A stretch of DNA of 64,000 nt from an uncultured Candidatus Rokubacteria bacterium. Lineage in GTDB: Bacteria; Methylomirabilota; Methylomirabilia; Rokubacteriales; DASRDR01. The notes under the pieces were generated by a model. The model was not told the DNA's origin. It was given only the letters and a program-made list of their open reading frames with translations, and did no database searches. The DNA lies in contig CAVPSB010000024.1 in the NCBI GenBank assembly GCA_963708025.1, positions 34,874-98,873 of the forward strand, written 5' to 3'. The first letter of the stretch is position 1, and the number at the start of each line of letters is the position of its first letter. Positions 62,223 to 64,000 of the stretch are shown piece after piece. A program made the translations under genes and the position numbers.

Positions 62223-62254
62223 CAGGAATACCGATGCGAACATCACTGATACCT

Positions 62255-62710
62255 TTAGTTCTTCTGCCGGGCTGCCTGCAACCTTGCTGCTGACTCTGGG
62301 GTGAACGTGGTGTTAAAGAACTTAATCTTGTCCCCCTGAATGATGGCGTCTTGCGTGACATCCAGGGGAGAGACCCCGAGCTTGTGCCAGTCCTCACGAT
62401 ACACCTTGCCCGCCCAGGAGAGCTTGTTCCCTGAGATGTATCGGGACCCCGCTTCCTCGCGTTGGCGACGGTCCACTTGGTCCTGGACCCACCCCCGGAC
62501 CTGCTCTTTACCGATGAAGAAACGTCCGCTCGAAGTCACCACAACCGCATCGTCAGCAAACAAATTCAGTATGGCATCAAGATTGCCAGCGGCCAGCGCC
62601 GCCTCGCGGGCCTTCAATACTGCGTCCGCCTGGATATCCTGAGCCCAGAGCCTTGGCACGAACAGGAGAGCGAGCACCAATACCGAGACAACATAGAGAC
62701 GGAGTTTCAT
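62255..62710 (-). CDS. Secreted NTF2/SnoaL-like protein (cassette 1)
   Basis: AAGGAGG RBS, signal peptide, GNLDAILNLFADDAV..GKEQVRGW. Confidence 0.8.
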   Translation of the reverse strand: MKLRLYVVSVLVLALLFVPRLWAQDIQADAVLKAREAALAAGNLDAILNLFADDAVVVTSSGRFFIGKEQVRGWVQDQVDRRQREEAGSRYISGNKLSWAGKVYREDWHKLGVSPLDVTQDAIIQGDKIKFFNTTFTPESAARLQAARQKN

Positions 62711-62738
62711 AGCAAACCTCCTTTGTCGAGATGTTGCA

Positions 62739-62765
62739 GCCGAACGAATAAGGTTCAACGTAAAT
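62739..62765 (-). mobile_element. Candidate attI site
   Basis: ATTTAC-GTTGAAC-CTTATTC-GTTCGGC with no attC hairpin; its core GTTCGGC complements R'' (GCCGAAC) of the first attC. Confidence 0.65.
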
Positions 62766-62960
62766 TCGGCGGAACTGTCGAGCAACAGTGACGCAGCGCG
62801 CGCTGCAGTGTAGTGGCCTCGGGGGGCTCCGCAGCGACTCGAGAGGTCAGCGTGAGATTTCCATCGGTTGGCTCACGCCAGGGTGGTGAAGCCGGCCGTG
62901 CTCTGCGGAACCGTCGAGTGCGGTCGGAGGCTGGGCCCCGCCAGTGGGGCGGGGTGGAGA

Positions 62961-63988
62961 TCATGCGTCAAAGATCCGGTCGGCGGGGCTCCGGACCGCG
63001 CCCGGGCCCCGGTTCAGAACGTGGGTGTAGATCATGGTCGTGCTCACGTCGTGGTGGCCCAGGAGCTCCTGGACCGTCCGGATGTCGTGGCCATCCTCCA
63101 GGAGGTGGGTAGCGAAAGAGTGGCGAAACGTGTGACAGCTCACCCGCTTGGCGACACCCGCGCGGAGGGCGGCCGTCTTCACCGTGCGTTGCAGAACCGT
63201 CTCGTGAAGATGGTGGCGGCGGCGCTGTCCGGTCAGCCGGTCGACGTAGAGTCGTGTCGCCGGAAAGACCCACTGCCAGGCCCATTCGCGACCGGCGTTG
63301 GGGTACTTCCGGGCGAGCGCCCACGGCAGCTCGACCCACCCGGCTCTCCGGCCTCGAGATCCTCCCGGTGCTGGCCACGGACCGACTCGAGGTGCCGGAC
63401 GAGCTCTGCCTTGATGGCGGCCGGCAGCATCGTGAGCCGGTCCTTGCTTCCCTTCCCGGCACGCACCACGATCTGGTTGCGCGCGAGATCGACGTCCTTG
63501 ACGCGGAGCTGTGCACATTCGAGCAGACGAAGCCCCCCACCGTAGAGCAGGACCGCCATCAGCCGCGGGACGCCGTGGATCTCGGCGAGGACCGCGCGGA
63601 CCTCGTCGCGAGACAGCACGACGGGGAGGTGGTGCGGGCGCTTGGCATAGACCAGGTCGTCGAGCCAGGGGACTTCCTGGTGAAGAACCTCGCGGTAGAG
63701 GAAGAGGAGCGCGCTGAGTGCCTGGTTCTGGGTCGACGCCGCCACCTGGCCGTCCACGGCCAGCGAGGTCAGGAAGCCGGTCAACTCCGCCGCTCCCATG
63801 TCGGCGGGGTGGCGCTTGCCGTGGAAGAAGATGTAGCGGCGAATCCACGCGACATAGGCCTTCTCGGTGCGGCGGCTGTAGTGGCGGGTGCGGATCGCTT
63901 CGCGGACGCGGTCGAGGAGCCGTGGCTTCGGTGGACCAGCTTGGCCTGTCTCGCGGACGGCGAGCGCTGGGACACGCGCGACGTCCAT
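62961..63988 (-). CDS. intI: Integron integrase (frameshift near 63347)
   Basis: [35 protein letters not shown], integron-specific insert [41 protein letters not shown]. Confidence 0.97.
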
Positions 63989-64000
63989 GGCGGTCCTGCA

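Overview
Very GC-rich bacterial chromosomal DNA. Gene content and style suggest Candidatus Rokubacteria/Methylomirabilota, but this is an inference that was not tested. At least a dozen otherwise intact genes carry indel frameshifts, most likely long-read assembly errors. Bases 1-53 kb hold housekeeping and signalling genes: a REC-GGDEF cyclase, a CpxP/R/A-like module, a lower-GC glycerol ABC island (glpR-glpVSTPQU), a peptidoglycan-recycling operon (ldcA, serine hydrolase, mpl), aroC, an MSMEG_4193/DUF3090/SCO1664 trio, a sigma54-driven di-haem protein facing an NtrC-type activator, an MshEN-coiled-coil repeat protein, polB and peptide ABC genes. The right end (53.4-64 kb) is an integron. Its intI is co-oriented with, and upstream of, a minus-strand cassette array with a candidate attI, six intact attC sites and one decayed attC. 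Cassettes include two toxin-antitoxin pairs (one toxin is missed by the ORF track), two DHFR-fold proteins and an orphan ABC substrate-binding protein; the array erodes distally. Two modular GC-rich intergenic repeat families abut start codons, and many genes look leaderless.
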